A stretch of 64,000 nt of DNA from Heterodontus francisci (GCF_036365525.1 NC_090377.1:103368265-103432264); one strand, 5' to 3'; counted from the first letter of the stretch, positions 22,368-35,223 are shown. A program made the numbers and translations. Notes: generated from the sequence alone by a model not told the origin.

Positions 22368-23433
22368 CATATGAATTAGAAGCAGTACTAGGTCACTCGG
22401 CCCTTCGAGCCTACTCCGCCATTCAATAAGATCATGGCTGAACTGATTACTCTACATTTCCACCTACCCCCGATAACCTTCCACCCCCTTGCTTATCAAG
22501 AATCTATCTACCTCTATCTTAAAAATATTCAAAGACTCTGCTTCCACTGCTTTTTGAGGAAGAGAATTTCAAAGACTCACGAAGCTCTGAGAGAAAAAAT
22601 TTCTCCTCATCTCTGTCTTAAGTGGGCGACCCCTTATTTTTAGACAGTGATCCCTAGTTCTAGATTATCCCACAAGAGGAAACATCCTTTCCACATCCAC
22701 TCTGTCAAGACCCCTCAAGATCTTATATGTTTCAATCAAGTCGCCTCTTACTCTTCTGAACTCCAGCGAATACAAGTCCAATCTTTCCTCGTAAGACAGC
22801 CTGCATTAGTCTAGTAAACCTTCTCTGTACTGCCTCCAACGCATTTACATCCTTCCTTAAATAAGGAGACCAGTACTGTACACAATACTCCAGAAGTGGT
22901 CTCACCAATGCCCTGTATAGCTGAAGCATAACCTCCCTACTTTTGTATTCCCCTCACGATAAATGATAACATTCTATTAGCTTTCCTAATTACGTGCTGT
23001 ACCTGCATACTAACCTTATGCAATTCATGCACTAGGACACCCAGATCCCTCTGCATCTCAGAGCTCTGCAATCTCTCACCATTTAGATAATATGCTTCTT
23101 TTTTATTCTTCCTGCCAAAGTGGGCAATTTCACACTTTCCCACATTATGCTCCATTTGCCAGGTCTTTGCCCACTCACTTAACCTATCTAGATCCCTTTG
23201 CAGCCCCCTTTTGTCCTCTTCACAAGTTACTTTCCTACCTATCTTTGTGTCATCAGCAAATTTAGCAACCCATACCTTCGGTCTCTTCATCTAAGTCACT
23301 TATATGAATTGTAAAAAGTTGAGGCCCCATCACAGATCCCTGTGGCACACCACTTGTTACATCTTGCCAACCAGAAAATGACCTATTTATGCCTACTCTC
23401 TGTTTCCTGTTAGCTAGCCAATCTTCTATCCAT
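22368..23433 (-). mobile_element. CR1 LINE, 5'-truncated (RT C-terminus and 3' UTR)
   Basis: GVPQGSV, KFADDTK, LYRALVRPLLEYCVQYWSP in ORFs 22732-23513. Confidence 0.9.
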
Positions 23434-23439
23434 TGAAGT

Positions 23440-24700
23440 TGAGAATAAACTATGGCAGGTTTTCCAAACATCAATCCTAAAGATTGCAAAAGATGTTTGA
23501 AGGGACTTCTCAATTTTTGAATGGTTGGACCTTATGTTTATGCCTCTGCGACTGGAGCTGTAGTGAATTATTTTCCATGATACATTTATTTGGTGAAGTC
23601 CATCTGTACTGTTAAAACCCGTCTCGACATGTTTGGAATGAGTTATAGTCTGCAAAATAACAGTGATTTTGCTTCCATGGTAATGGAACCTATCTGATCA
23701 CATTGAATCTGGAAGAGTCCTAACATGCTGAATTTGGGAAGGATAATCTTGGAGCTTCCAATACCTTGCTGTCATTAAAATTGTTTTAATAGGTCTCTGT
23801 CTGCCACAAAGGACCTTTTTAGTAATTCTGAAGTTTAATTTAAGACCTGATGGTAAAAAGGCTTTACTTTGGCATAAAATATACACCTGAATCCACAGAG
23901 CGCATATATCTCCTTGATATATAATAATGTTTATCACAGGTGCAGATAGTCACTGTTTCTGGATTTCGTTAGATTAGTATACAACCTATATTAGAGGGAG
24001 CTCACATATAAGTCAAAGGAATACTCTGAAGTGGAGAGAATGGAAAGCTGAAGTTGTAACGACTTTACTTAGTGAGGTGGGAACAATATACTGGGTTTGT
24101 TCAAGAAGAAAAATCAACTTCCCAACCTAACATTCTTCAGTTTCTTTAGATTATGTAAGTGACCAGATAGATCAGTGGTATTAAAGGTTTAGGCTAACCA
24201 ATAGATTCTGAATTGGAAACACTCACAGTACAAGAGGGAATTTAAGACAACTGTACATCAACGACACAAACATTTCTTTCTCTCATTTAAAGGTAAATGG
24301 GAAAGGTACTTAGAAATAAAATCAGACTGCATCTCATGCCAGTGAATGAGCGGGCGTCTTGATGCACCTGAGGTAATTACACCAAATTTCCAGGGCAATT
24401 GGTAAATTAGATAAGAAGTGCAAATAAGAAGGAAAAATTCAAGAAAGTTTAGATATACAGATGAAAAGGATTGCTGGAAATTTGGGTAAAGGGACAAATC
24501 TTTAAATATATGTATTTAGGTAGAATGAAAGTAGAGGAATGTGAAGCTAAGAATTACTGTATTGCCATGGGACTACTGCCATGAATCTCCTATACTTCCT
24601 TCTGTGTTTAGGTGACTTTGGCAAAGTAAGAGAAGACAATTAGGCTGCTGGAGGAAGAATTTATTGCCGAATTTCACAGAGAAATCATGTTCTCTGAGTA
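23440..24700 (+). mobile_element. Possible ancient L1/Tx1-like ORF2 remnant
   Basis: Weak, ordered motif traces (LDMFG...N, LPW.W, VIKIVL, KGKWE.YL, KR...W.K); heavily decayed. Confidence 0.35.
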
Positions 24701-25849
24701 TTCCCAGCAGGTGGGTTTCTGACAGCTGTGAGGTCATCAATTGAGAAATGAACAGACCTGTGTATCACAGTCTGGACTTTTCATCAACACTGTTGTCATG
24801 TCCTCAAATTTTCACAAGTAAACTGAATTCCTGAACTGAACTGAAAATTGTGTCTTTCTTTTCTGCTGCTGAGTATAGTTTGGGTTTAACCATGAATCCA
24901 AATCATGGCACATCGCTTACTGGAGAATATATGGGATGCCCGCCATAATCTACCATTGCATCCGAAGGCAGAAAAATAACAAATCACTAGACCAAGCTGT
25001 GAATAGTACTTGAGCACATTTATGTATATCTAAAACAATCCATTTGAAACAAAAAAACATAGTATGTTATTACTACAGTACAATAACTAAACATACTGAT
25101 ATATAAAAACTGGCATAAATGTTCCAAACAAAAATACAAAGACTTAAATGCTCACAGACCTTTTCTACAAGTTCCTGGTAACATTAAATGTGCATTTTCT
25201 TTACAACTTTGCTTTTACAGCAAGATTAATGAGACTCTCTTCCTCTAGGACCAACATTGGAAATAATCTCACCTTTGAAAGAAAAAGTTCACAAATCTGG
25301 ATGGGGAAGACAAAGAATTCAAACCTGTGGAAACACATTTAACATTCTTATTTTGTAATGAGAAAAATTTGCCCTTCAGATGACCACCCAGGCAAGGAAG
25401 ATATAAATCTACTCCTAAGGTTCAATCTTTTGATACAGTACATAAAATTTCCCGTTCCAAGCTGATGGAATGTGGGGTGTAGTCAGAGATTGCAACTCAC
25501 CTGATTTTACAGTTTTCTACCAATTGGAGGATGTCCTGAAAGTTATAACATGAAAATGGAATTGGGTAAAAAGAGAGTGGGTTTGTGCTGAAGTTGGGCT
25601 CGGTAGCACCTGTTTGATGGTGGAGGTGCATGGACAACATATTTGTAAAGGGGTTTGCGCACGAACATTCTATTCCTACCGACAGCATGCAGAGCAAACA
25701 GGTCATGGTGTCAAACAGCACGTAATGTTCATTTGGTGCCAGTGCTGCTGTTTTCAAGCTCCAGACTTCAGCCCATGACCTCTCTTAACCTCACACAGCT
25801 GATCAGAGCATTAAGCAGCATGAATGGCCCCATCTGTGATATTTAAATT

Positions 25850-28800
25850 ATTTCCAGGTTAGTTACAGGTTTATTTCTTCTGTCTGCTACTTTGTTGGGT
25901 ACTTTCTATAGTTGGTTAAATTGTCAATAGCCTACAGTGAGTGATGTGGTAGATGTTGCAGTACTTTTTTGCTGACTTAAAGGCTTCTGCACAGACCAGT
26001 TGCTCCCAGACCTGGGTGGATATCTAACCCTTCTTCTTGGCTTTGAGCATGACTGGGAGAATTAAGTGAGGCCATGAGAAGCAGGGCAAACTGCTAGAAG
26101 ATGGATGAGGAGAGGTAGAAAGGCTCTCAGTAAAAGGCCATATCTATGCAGGGTGCTCAGGGAGATATTCTCCTACCTGACCCTCAATCATGACCAATTC
26201 TTGAGATATCTGTGCTTCAGTAAGGAGGTCCACACTGAAATCTACCACCTGCTGCAGTCATGACTGCAACCTCACAGCAGGTCAAGGACTGCATTGTCTG
26301 TGGCTGTCAAGGTGACCATGTCTGTGAACTTTTATGTAACTGTCTCCTAACAAGCTGCTGCTAGAGATATAAGCAACATCTCACACTTTATTGTGCACTG
26401 TTGCATAAGGGAGCTTACTAGGGCTCTCTGTGCAAAGGGAGACAAATTCAGCTCCTCTGTCTTGAGAGAGACAAGCAGGGTGAATGAGCATAAGGGCTTG
26501 CATGGATTGCAGATTTCTCCATGGTGCAGGGTGCTGTTGATTACAAGCATATTTCTTTACGTGTACTTCATCTCAACTCTGCCATCTACCTGAACTGAAA
26601 GGGATTCCACTCCCTCAACATTCAGCTGGTGTGTGACCATAGACAGCAAATCATGCAGGTCAATGTCCAATATCCTGGCAGCAAACACAAAGCATTACTT
26701 CTGCGGCAGTCCTCGGGCCCAGCTCTATTACCACCATCACGGCAAAACAAAGAGTGGCCACTGGGTGTCAAGGGGGATCCACTGGCAACATGGCTCATGA
26801 ACTCAGTCATCAGCTCACATACACATGCACAGCAGGCATACAACAAGAGCCATGCTGCCTCAAGAAATCTAATAGAGCAGAACATTGGCAAGCTGAAGCA
26901 ATGAATCCACTGACTGCACTGCTCTGGAGCAGCCTTGCACTACTCAGTTGAGTGGGTCTCAGTATTTGTCCTGCTGCGCTGCATGCTGCACAAACTTGCC
27001 ATCATGAGGGAACAACCCTTGCAACCATCTATTAGACAAGAGGCTGAACAGCAGGATGAGGAGGGGTGGAGGAGGAGGAAGCAGAAGAGGGGGACGAGGA
27101 AAGGAGGCTGCATCCTAGAGAACCCTTTTCTGCCCAGGATCTAAATGAACAAATAATTAATGAGCGATACCATTAATCTCAGCCCCAATTCCCCAACAGT
27201 CACGTTCCTTACCTTCCCTCTGTCACTGACCATCACATTGTCTTTTTACCCACAATGGAATGATAAAAGTTCACACAGAATATATATCCCAATCCAAATA
27301 GATCAATTAAATCATGTTATAAAACATTCCAAAATAAACTAATCACCCTTGTACATTCCCTTTGACCCCCTTCCATGTGCCTTTGCTTCTCCTAGTGCTC
27401 CTACAAGGTGCTTCCGCAGTGGCTGCAGTTTGGCAGACAAGGACTGCATTGTGACCATGAACTTTTATGTGTCTCTCATGTTCTGTATCGAATTAATCTG
27501 ATCTCTATTGCACTTTCTGAAATGTCCAATTTGAATTGTTCTGTAATGTATTTTGTTTACAAATTTTATGAATTAAGTATATTTTTGGAAAAGAGAAGTG
27601 TCTAGCTCATTTCAAGATGCTGCAACATGGGGTGAAATTGGGTGCAATGGACTTCAATTGAGGAGACTGCAGATAGCTTTAGAGAATGACCTGATAGCCC
27701 TGGGCATCAAGGGCCCATCCTCAGACTACACATTTCAACCTAGGATGCAGGAGTCTGGGCTGGCTACAGACTACATCAAGGGCATGGCCAAATTGGCAGG
27801 GGTGGGAAGACAAATCTTGAAAGAGGACAGCAGGTTCATTCTCCATGGAGCCACGGCCACTTTCTTGTGACAACGCCTCAACAATCCTAGTATTCTTTTG
27901 GAGAACAAATTGCTGGAGTGCCATGATTTCCTAGAATTCCCTTTGAACAGTGGTTTCTAGAGCCATGATGGCAGCTATCTGAGCTCCCATGGTAGCAAGC
28001 TGAGATTGCATGACATGATATCTGAAAGAGAGAAGGGACAAGAGTAGAAATGTGATGAAGGATGAGGAGAAATTAAGAACTACCAGCTTACACCATCTAC
28101 AGCTTGTAAGTCAGAAGGGATTGTGAAATGAGTGAGAAGTGGGATGAGAAAATTAGCATTAGCAATGCAGATACCATCATCTTCAATGGCTTCAGCCTCA
28201 CCGCTGGCCGTGGCCTAAGCACCATCTCCTCTATGGGTGTTAAAAGATGCAGGCACACCTCTCTCCAATGAGTTAGTTCCTATTCCCTCTGGATATGCAT
28301 GACCTTGTCCTGCAGGAGAGTGGAAACTGAGTCAGTGAGTGTCATACAATTTATTTGGGTGATGTGGCTGTGATAATTGAATAGCTGCCAGTATGGGCAA
28401 GCTGTGTGTTGCGTTTGAGGCTTGCAACAGTGCTAAGTGTGAGGCCGAGGTGAAGCATATAAATGTTGAGTCCCGATTGATAGAGATTTTCGGTAGGCGA
28501 ATGTTGGTGTTGGTGAATTGAGCAGAGGCTTATACTGCAGTTGGTATCATACTGCATTTGAAGATGCATTCACTGATCTTGCCTACTCATGTGAGATCAT
28601 TAAACGTCTGTCTTCACTGCCCTGTTTTGGGATCTATACTCATAGCACTGACCCCCACAGCTATCTCTTTCCACTGCCTTCTCAGTAAACACCTGGGATG
28701 CCTCCTGCTCCTCTGAAGATACAGGACATCTCTTCTCTACTCCACCTCTTCAACCAAGATCCCCAGTCTCATAACATTAGTGCTAACTCTCTATCATGGT

Positions 28801-28915
28801 CAGCATTCTTCAAGCTTTCCCAGGTCTGATTTTCTTGCAGAACAACTGCTAGTACCTATTCAAACAACAAGGCACCTGCCTTCAAGCAGGCTAGATTTAA
28901 TTACTACTAGCCACT
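25850..28915 (+). mobile_element. Harbinger/PIF DNA transposon, decayed: DDE transposase (+, ~26030-27050) and convergent Myb/SANT gene (-, ~28560-28800)
   Basis: VAVKVT, VQGAVDYKHI, KGFHSLNIQLVCD, YPGS, YNKSHAASRNLIEQNIGKLKQ, CMLHKLA; minus strand RRQWKEIAVGVSAMS...TFNDL. Confidence 0.85.
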
Positions 28916-28919
28916 CATG

Positions 28920-29730
28920 AAATAAAAACAGAAAGTGCTGGCAATACTCAACAGGTCAGGCAGCATCTGTGGCGAGAGAAACAGAGTTAACATTTCAGGT
29001 CTGTGCCCTTTCATCAGAACTGGAAAAGGTTAGAAAAGACTTAGGTTTTAAGCAAGTGGAGAGGGTGGGGGGGGGGGTTGCTGCTGTTGGTGGGGAAGAG
29101 AACAAAAGGGAAGGTGTGTGATAGGGCAGAGGACAGGAGAGTTTAAATAACAAAGCTGTCCTGGTACAAAAGCAAAGAGCGTGTTAATGCTTGTGGTGAA
29201 AGACAAAGCATTAGTCCAGGGACAGTGTTAATAGCAGAATAATGAGTAGCTCTGTCTACATGAAAAACAGGCACATAGTTAAAAAATGAAATAATATAAA
29301 AATATAAAAAAGGCCAATCATGTTCTGAAGTTACTGAACTCAGTGTTCAGTCTGCAAGGCTGTAGAGTACTTAATCGAAAGATCAGGCGCAGCTCCCCGA
29401 GCTTGCATTGATGTTCACTGGAACACTGCAGTAGGCGAAAGACAGAAATGTTGGCATGAGAGCAGGGATGTGTCTTGAAATGGCAAGCGACTAGAAGCTT
29501 GGGGTCATGCTTTCGGACTGCGTGGAGGTGTTCCGCAAGCGGTTATCCAATCTGCATATGGTCTCCCCAATGTAGAGGCGACTGCATTGTGAGCAGCGAA
29601 TATAGTATACTAAATTGAAGGAAGTACAAGTAAATCGCTGCTTCACCTGGAAGGAGTGTATGGGGCCTTGGATGGTGAGAAGAGAGGAGGTAAGAGGGCA
29701 AGTATTACAGCTCCAGCGATTGCATGGGAT
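28920..29730 (-). mobile_element. Penelope-like element 3' part: GIY-YIG endonuclease and terminal repeat with hammerhead motif
   Basis: FTCTSFNLVYYIRCSQCSRLYIGETICRL (ORF 29491-29829). Confidence 0.85.
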
Positions 29731-30165
29731 GCTCATGATATTGGGCCCCCTGCTGATGCATGCAGTCAATGAATGGTGTTGATACTGCTGGCTGCACATA
29801 ACAATCACTATAATGCACTGGCAGCACAAAGTTGGTGTGCTGCCTACATTACACCACGTGGGGGCAGGTTATCACACAAAAGCTTGTTGAGAAAACAATT
29901 CACAGCGATATAAAGTATAAATGTGCATTGTTTGTATGTACCAGAGAAAAAAGGACACTGTACTCACTCTGCAATCCTTCTCACAGACATCTCTGATAAA
30001 AGACTCAACAAGTAGTAGAGACATAATTTTGTAGATGCTGGTGAAACCAATCAAAAAATATCTTTTGCTCTAATCAAGATGATTTGTTACAGACATGCAC
30101 AGGAGTGGAATCAATTACATGAATACCATCACTTTCAGGGCACTGACAATCAATCAGCTGGAATG

Positions 30166-30271
30166 TAATAAAAACAAGAAATGCTGGAAATACTCAGCAG
30201 GTCTGGCAGCATCTGTGGAGAGAGAGCAGAGTTAACGTTTCAGGTCAGCGACCTTTCATCAGAACTTCATC
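30166..30271 (-). mobile_element. Short hammerhead-bearing PLE-terminus insertion, 11-bp TSD
   Basis: CAGCTGGAATG at 30155-30165 and 30272-30282; empty site at 45307-45317. Confidence 0.85.
30230..30266 (-). ncRNA. Minimal type I hammerhead ribozyme motif (best-preserved copy)
   Basis: AGTT-CTGATGA-A-AGGTC-GCT-GACCT-GAAA-CGTT-AACT: core CUGAUGA/GAAA, stem II AGGUC/GACCU, stem I AGUU/AACU, palindromic AACGUU stem III. Confidence 0.7.
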
Positions 30272-30840
30272 CAGCTGGAATGGAAGTTTGAAATAGTTTA
30301 CATCTTAGTCACTTCACTTCTACCACATGAATTTGTATCATCTTCAACGTACTGAAGCAATCTGTGATCATTAAAATATATTCAGGAACCGAAAGATGGC
30401 TGTTGAAAAATAATGTTATATTGGTTGCAGTTATGTGTGGTGCTCCGAGGGTGAGGTTAGAGCACATTGTTAGAGCAGAAGAATGAAAGCTTTCTCCTGC
30501 ATTTGATGTTTGTTGTATTGGCTCATGAATGCTTGACATTTATAGAGACCCAAATGAGCTCCATTCTTTAACACTGATACAGTTCATCTCAATCACACAA
30601 AATAGTACCCCCCTTAAAACACTTGAGTGCCATTTATTATACTGAGGCAATTAGAATAAAGAATATCAGTCATGTCCATTTGATCAGAAAATATCTGGTC
30701 AATCACTATTATTTACAAACATTCACATGACATTATTATCACTGATTTTCTGTATTAATCATTCATTCACAAATTGTGGGCTTCACTGGCAAGGCCAGCA
30801 CTTATTGCCCATCCGTAATTGCCCTTGAGAATGTGGTGGT

Positions 30841-31088
30841 TGTATGCCTTTACGAGGTGTGTCTACAAGATCATGTTAGTCATGTAAGAGCCATGATGCA
30901 ACACTGCACGTGATTCTGAGTGTTTAGTAGTCTTGAAGAAAAGCCTGTACAATTAACATCTCACTGCATTAGCTGTTCTCTCAGTATTCAATAAAAAAAC
31001 CCACAATATTGTGATACTGATTCCATCTGGAGTGGTCAGTCTTTGTGTAAAATCCATAGTAGCACAGAGGTTGAAGGAACACACAACA
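30841..31088 (+). mobile_element. Short solo LTR-like insertion
   Basis: TG...ACACAACA, internal AATAAA, flanked by GTGGT/GTGTT; interrupts the LINE tail. Confidence 0.5.
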
Positions 31089-32816
31089 GTGTTGAGCTGC
31101 CTTCTTGAACCACTGCAGTCCTTGTGGTGTAGGTACTCCCATATTGCAGTTAGGGAGAAAGTTCAAGGATTTTAGCTCAGCGACAATGAAGGAACAGTGA
31201 TGTTTTTCTAAGTCAATATGGCATGTGACTTGGAGGGGAACTTTAGTGAGTTGCTGCAATGCATCTTGTAGATGGTACACACTGCTGCCACTGTGCTCAG
31301 GTGATGGAGGGAGTAAATGTTTAAGGTGGTACATGAGGTGCCAATCAAGTGGGCGCTTTGCCCCGGATGGTGTCGAGCTTCCTGAGTGTTGTTGGCGCTG
31401 CACCCATTCAAGCAAGTGAAGAGTATTCCATCACACTCCTGATTTGTGGCATGTAGATGATGCACAGGCTTTAGGAATTCAGGAGGTGAGTTAGTTGCCA
31501 CTGAATTCCCAGCCTCTGACCATACTATTTACAGGGCAGGTGCAGTTAAATGTCTGGTCAAAGGAAACCTCCAGCATGTTGATGGTGGGGGATTCAGTGA
31601 CGGTAACGCTGTTGAACATCAAGGGGAGATAGTTAGATTGTCTCTTGTTTGACATGTTCCTTGCCTGTCACTTGTGTGCTGCAAATGTTGCTTGCCACTT
31701 CTCAGCCCAATCCTGAATGTTTTCAAGTGATTGCTGCATGCGGGCACAGACTGCTTCATTATCTAAGGAGTTATGAATGGGAGCAAACACTGTGCAATCA
31801 TCTATGAAGATCCCCACTTCTCTCTTTATGATAGAGGAAAAGCCATTGATGAAGCTGCTGAAAATGGTTGGGCCTAGGACACTGCCATGACAAACTCCTA
31901 CAGTAATATCCTGGGGTACAGATCATTGGCCTCCAACAATGACAGCCATCTTCCTTTGTAATAGGTCTGTCTCCAGCCAATGGAAAGTTTTCCCTCTGAT
32001 TCCCATTAATTTCAATTTTACCAGGGCTCCTTAATGTCACACTCAGTCAAGGATTGCCTTGATGTCAAGGGCAATCAGTCACCTCTGAAATTCAGCTCTT
32101 TTGTCCATGTTTGTACCAAGGCTATAGTGAGGTCAGCAGCCTAGTTCGAGAGTTTCTCGAGGAACCCAAACTGACCAGGTTACACCTGTGTAAGTGCGAC
32201 TTAATAGCACTGTCAATGACATCTTCCATCATTTTACCATTGATTGAAAGTAGACTGATAGGCAGTAATTGGCCAGATTGGGTTTGTCCTGCATTTTTTT
32301 CACAGAACATACCTGGGCAATTTTTCAGTGTCAGTAGATCCCTATTTTGTAGCTGTACTGAAATGTACTGCAGCTAGAGGCACAGCTAGTTCTGGAACTC
32401 AAGTCGTCAGCCCTACAGTCGGGATGTTATCGGGGCACAAAGCCTTTGCAGTATCCAATGCGCTCAGCCGTTTCTTCTTGTCACGTGGAGTGAATCGAAT
32501 CAACTGAAAACTCGCATCTGTGATGCTGGGGACTTCAGGAGGAGGCCAAGATGGATCATCCACTCAGCACTTCTGGCTGAAGATGGTTGCAAATGCTTCA
32601 GTTTCATCTTTTGCTGGAATTCCTCATTCTTCAGGATGCGGATGTTCATACAACCTCCCCATTCTGTTATTCGTATAACTGTTCACCACCGTTCATGACT
32701 GTATGTGGCAGACTGCAGAGTTTGAGCTAATCCATTGACTGTGGGATCACTTAGCTCTGTCTATAGCATACTACTTCTGCTGTTGAACATGTTTGTAGTC
32801 CTGAGTAGTAGCTTCA

Positions 32817-33837
32817 ATAAAATAAAAGCAAAATACTGCAGATGCTGGAAATCTGAAATAAAAACAAAAAGTGCTGGAAAAACTCAGCAGGTCTAGCAGC
32901 ATCTGTGGAGAGAAGCAGAGTTAACGTTTCAGGTCTGTGACCCTTCATCAGAACTGGCAAAGGTTAGAAATGTAATAGGTTTTAAACAAGTAAAATGGGG
33001 AAGGAGGGGGGGTGGTGGGGGGGGTGGCGATGGTGGTGGAGCATCCAAGGCCCCAGACACTCCTTTCAGGTCAAGCAGTGATTTACTTGTACTTCTTTCA
33101 ATTTAGTATACTGTATTAGCTGCTCACAATGCAGACTTCTCTACACTGGGGAGACCAAATGCAGATTAGGTGACCGCTTTGTGGAACATCTTGCTCAATC
33201 TGAAAACAGGACTCTGAGCTTCCAGTTGCTTGCCATTTCAATACACCCCCCGCCCCCCACTGCTGTCATGCCCACATCTCTGTCCAGGGCCTGCTGCAGG
33301 ATTCCAGTGAACATCAACGCAAGCTCGAGGAACAACACCTTATTTTCCGACAAGGCACACTACAGCCTGCCGGACTGAACATTGAGTTCAATAATCTCAG
33401 AGCATGACTGGCCCTTTTTATTCTAATTTTATTTTATTTTGCTCCATCTTTTTTTTACCATGTGCCTGCCTATTATTTTTTTCATGTTTGTCCTTTTGGC
33501 TAGGGCTGCTCATTATTCTGTCGTTAACACTCCCTCTGCATGAATGCTTTGTCTTTCATCACACCATTAGCACACTCTCTTTGCCTTTGTCCCATGAGTT
33601 TGTCAGTTAATCTCTCTGGTTCTCTGTCCTATCACACATCTTCCCTTTTGTTCTCTTCCTCTAACACCCACCCCCCACCACCACCCACAACCTCCACTTT
33701 ACTTGTTTAAAACCTATTGCATTTCTAATCTTTACCAGTTCTGATGAAAAGCCACTGACCTGAAAGGTTAACTCTGCTTCTCTCTCCACAGATGCTGCCA
33801 GACCTGCTGAGTTTTTCCAGCACTTTCTGTTGTAATT
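32817..33837 (+). mobile_element. Penelope-like element with inverted terminal repeats and GIY-YIG remnant; 9-bp TSD
   Basis: GTAGCTTCA at 32808-32816 and 33838-33846; QGPRHSFQVKQ*FTCTSFNLVYCISCSQC...YTGETKCRLGDRFVEH; hammerhead motifs at 32919-32955 (-) and 33737-33773 (+). Confidence 0.85.
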
Positions 33838-35168
33838 GTAGCTTCACGAGGTTGGTATGCCTGGTGCTGCTCCTGGCATCCTTTCCTACATGCCTCATTG
33901 GACTCAGGTTGGTCCATTGGCTTGATGGTAATGGTAGAGTTAGGGATAGTCGTAGAGGTTACAGATTGTGGTGAAATAAATCTACTGTTACTGCTGGCCC
34001 ACAGTGACTCATAGTTCCCCAGTTTTGAGGTGCTAGATCTGTTCTGAATCTACCCATTTAGTACGGGTGGTAGTGCCACACAACACGATGGAGGGTTTCC
34101 TTAGTGTGAAGGCAGTACTTTGTCTCCACAACAACTGTGTGGTGGTCACACCTACCAATACTGTAATGGACAGAAGCATCTGCGACCAGGTAGATTGGTG
34201 AGGATGAGGCAAAATATGTTTGTCCTTCTTATTTTCTCACAACCAGCCACAAGTCCAATCTGACCATTATGTCCTTCAGGACTCGGCAAACTCAATCAGT
34301 AGTGGTGCTACTGAGCCACTCTTAGCGATGGACATTGAAGTCCTCCATTCAATGTACATTTTGTGCTGTTGCATCCCTCAGTGACTCTTCCAAGTGGTGT
34401 TCAATGTGGAGGAGCACTGATTCATCAGTTGAAGGAGGGCAGTAAGTTGTTATTGGTACTAAAGAAAGATTTGCATTTGTATAGCGCCTTAGGATGTCTC
34501 AAGGCTCTTCACGTGCTGTAATGTAGGAAATAGACATAATAGCAGGAATAGCTATTTTTCTTTAAAAAAACTGCTTGAGATATTTTTGTCATGTGATATG
34601 CTTCCTAGTGTGTTTTTCATTTAATGAGTCACATTCTCTTAGTGTAGTCACTGTGTGGTTGCTCCTGCCCCACTTCCCCTAGGCCACAAGGCCAAACTTC
34701 CTCTGACGATCTCCCCTGCTCTGGTCCTGATCTTGCATCTTTCTCTAATTTCTCTCCTATCACCCCTCATGCCTTCTCCAAGCTCTTCTTGTCCATGAGA
34801 ACAACCTCCTGATCCCTTGACCCTATTCTCACTAACTTGCTGAACATCAAACTTCCCTTCTTGGCTCTTCTTAATATTCTTCTATTCTTAATGGTTCTCT
34901 CTTCTTGGATACTGTCTCCCCATCCTTCAAATATACCTTCGTCACACCTGTGTTCAAGAAAACCTCAGATGAGGCTGTGCTGCAGGTGGCGACTATGTAT
35001 GTTGTAAGTTCCTGCTTTTCAAGTCTACAAATGCACTGCTGGTACACTGGAGGCTGTTAGGCCCAGTGAGTTGCAGCATACCAGCCTCAGAAAGGTGGAA
35101 GTATTCCTTATCGGAGGAAGTCCAGGCCAGGAGAAAAGTTGACAAGATGACAATGTAATAGAGAGTAT

Positions 35169-35174
35169 TTTATT
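35169..35174 (-). terminator. Polyadenylation signal of gamma-crystallin gene 3
   Basis: AATAAA ~50 nt after the stop. Confidence 0.75.
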
Positions 35175-35223
35175 ATGTTGATAAATGATTCAACAAAATC
35201 AGGTCATGTTTTACAATGACAGA

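Larger units (their letters stand above)
30152..30750. repeat. Segmental duplicate of 45304-45800 (continues as 34450-34870 vs 45800-46260)
   Basis: Colinear similarity, e.g. CAACGTACTGAAGCAATCTG, TGTCCATTTGATCAGAAAATA, CTGCTTGAGATATTTTTGTCATGTG in both copies. Confidence 0.85.
30760..34450 (-). mobile_element. Non-LTR retrotransposon (second LINE family, APE+RT), decayed, with nested PLE and short LTR
   Basis: PISLLSINGKMMEDVI, GSVLGP-type motifs; same family as 57820-62900; absent from the paralogous site near 45800. Confidence 0.8.

Noticed and set aside
26030-27050. Host HARBI1 gene
   Set aside because: Multiple stops and frameshifts and altered catalytic motifs; decayed transposon
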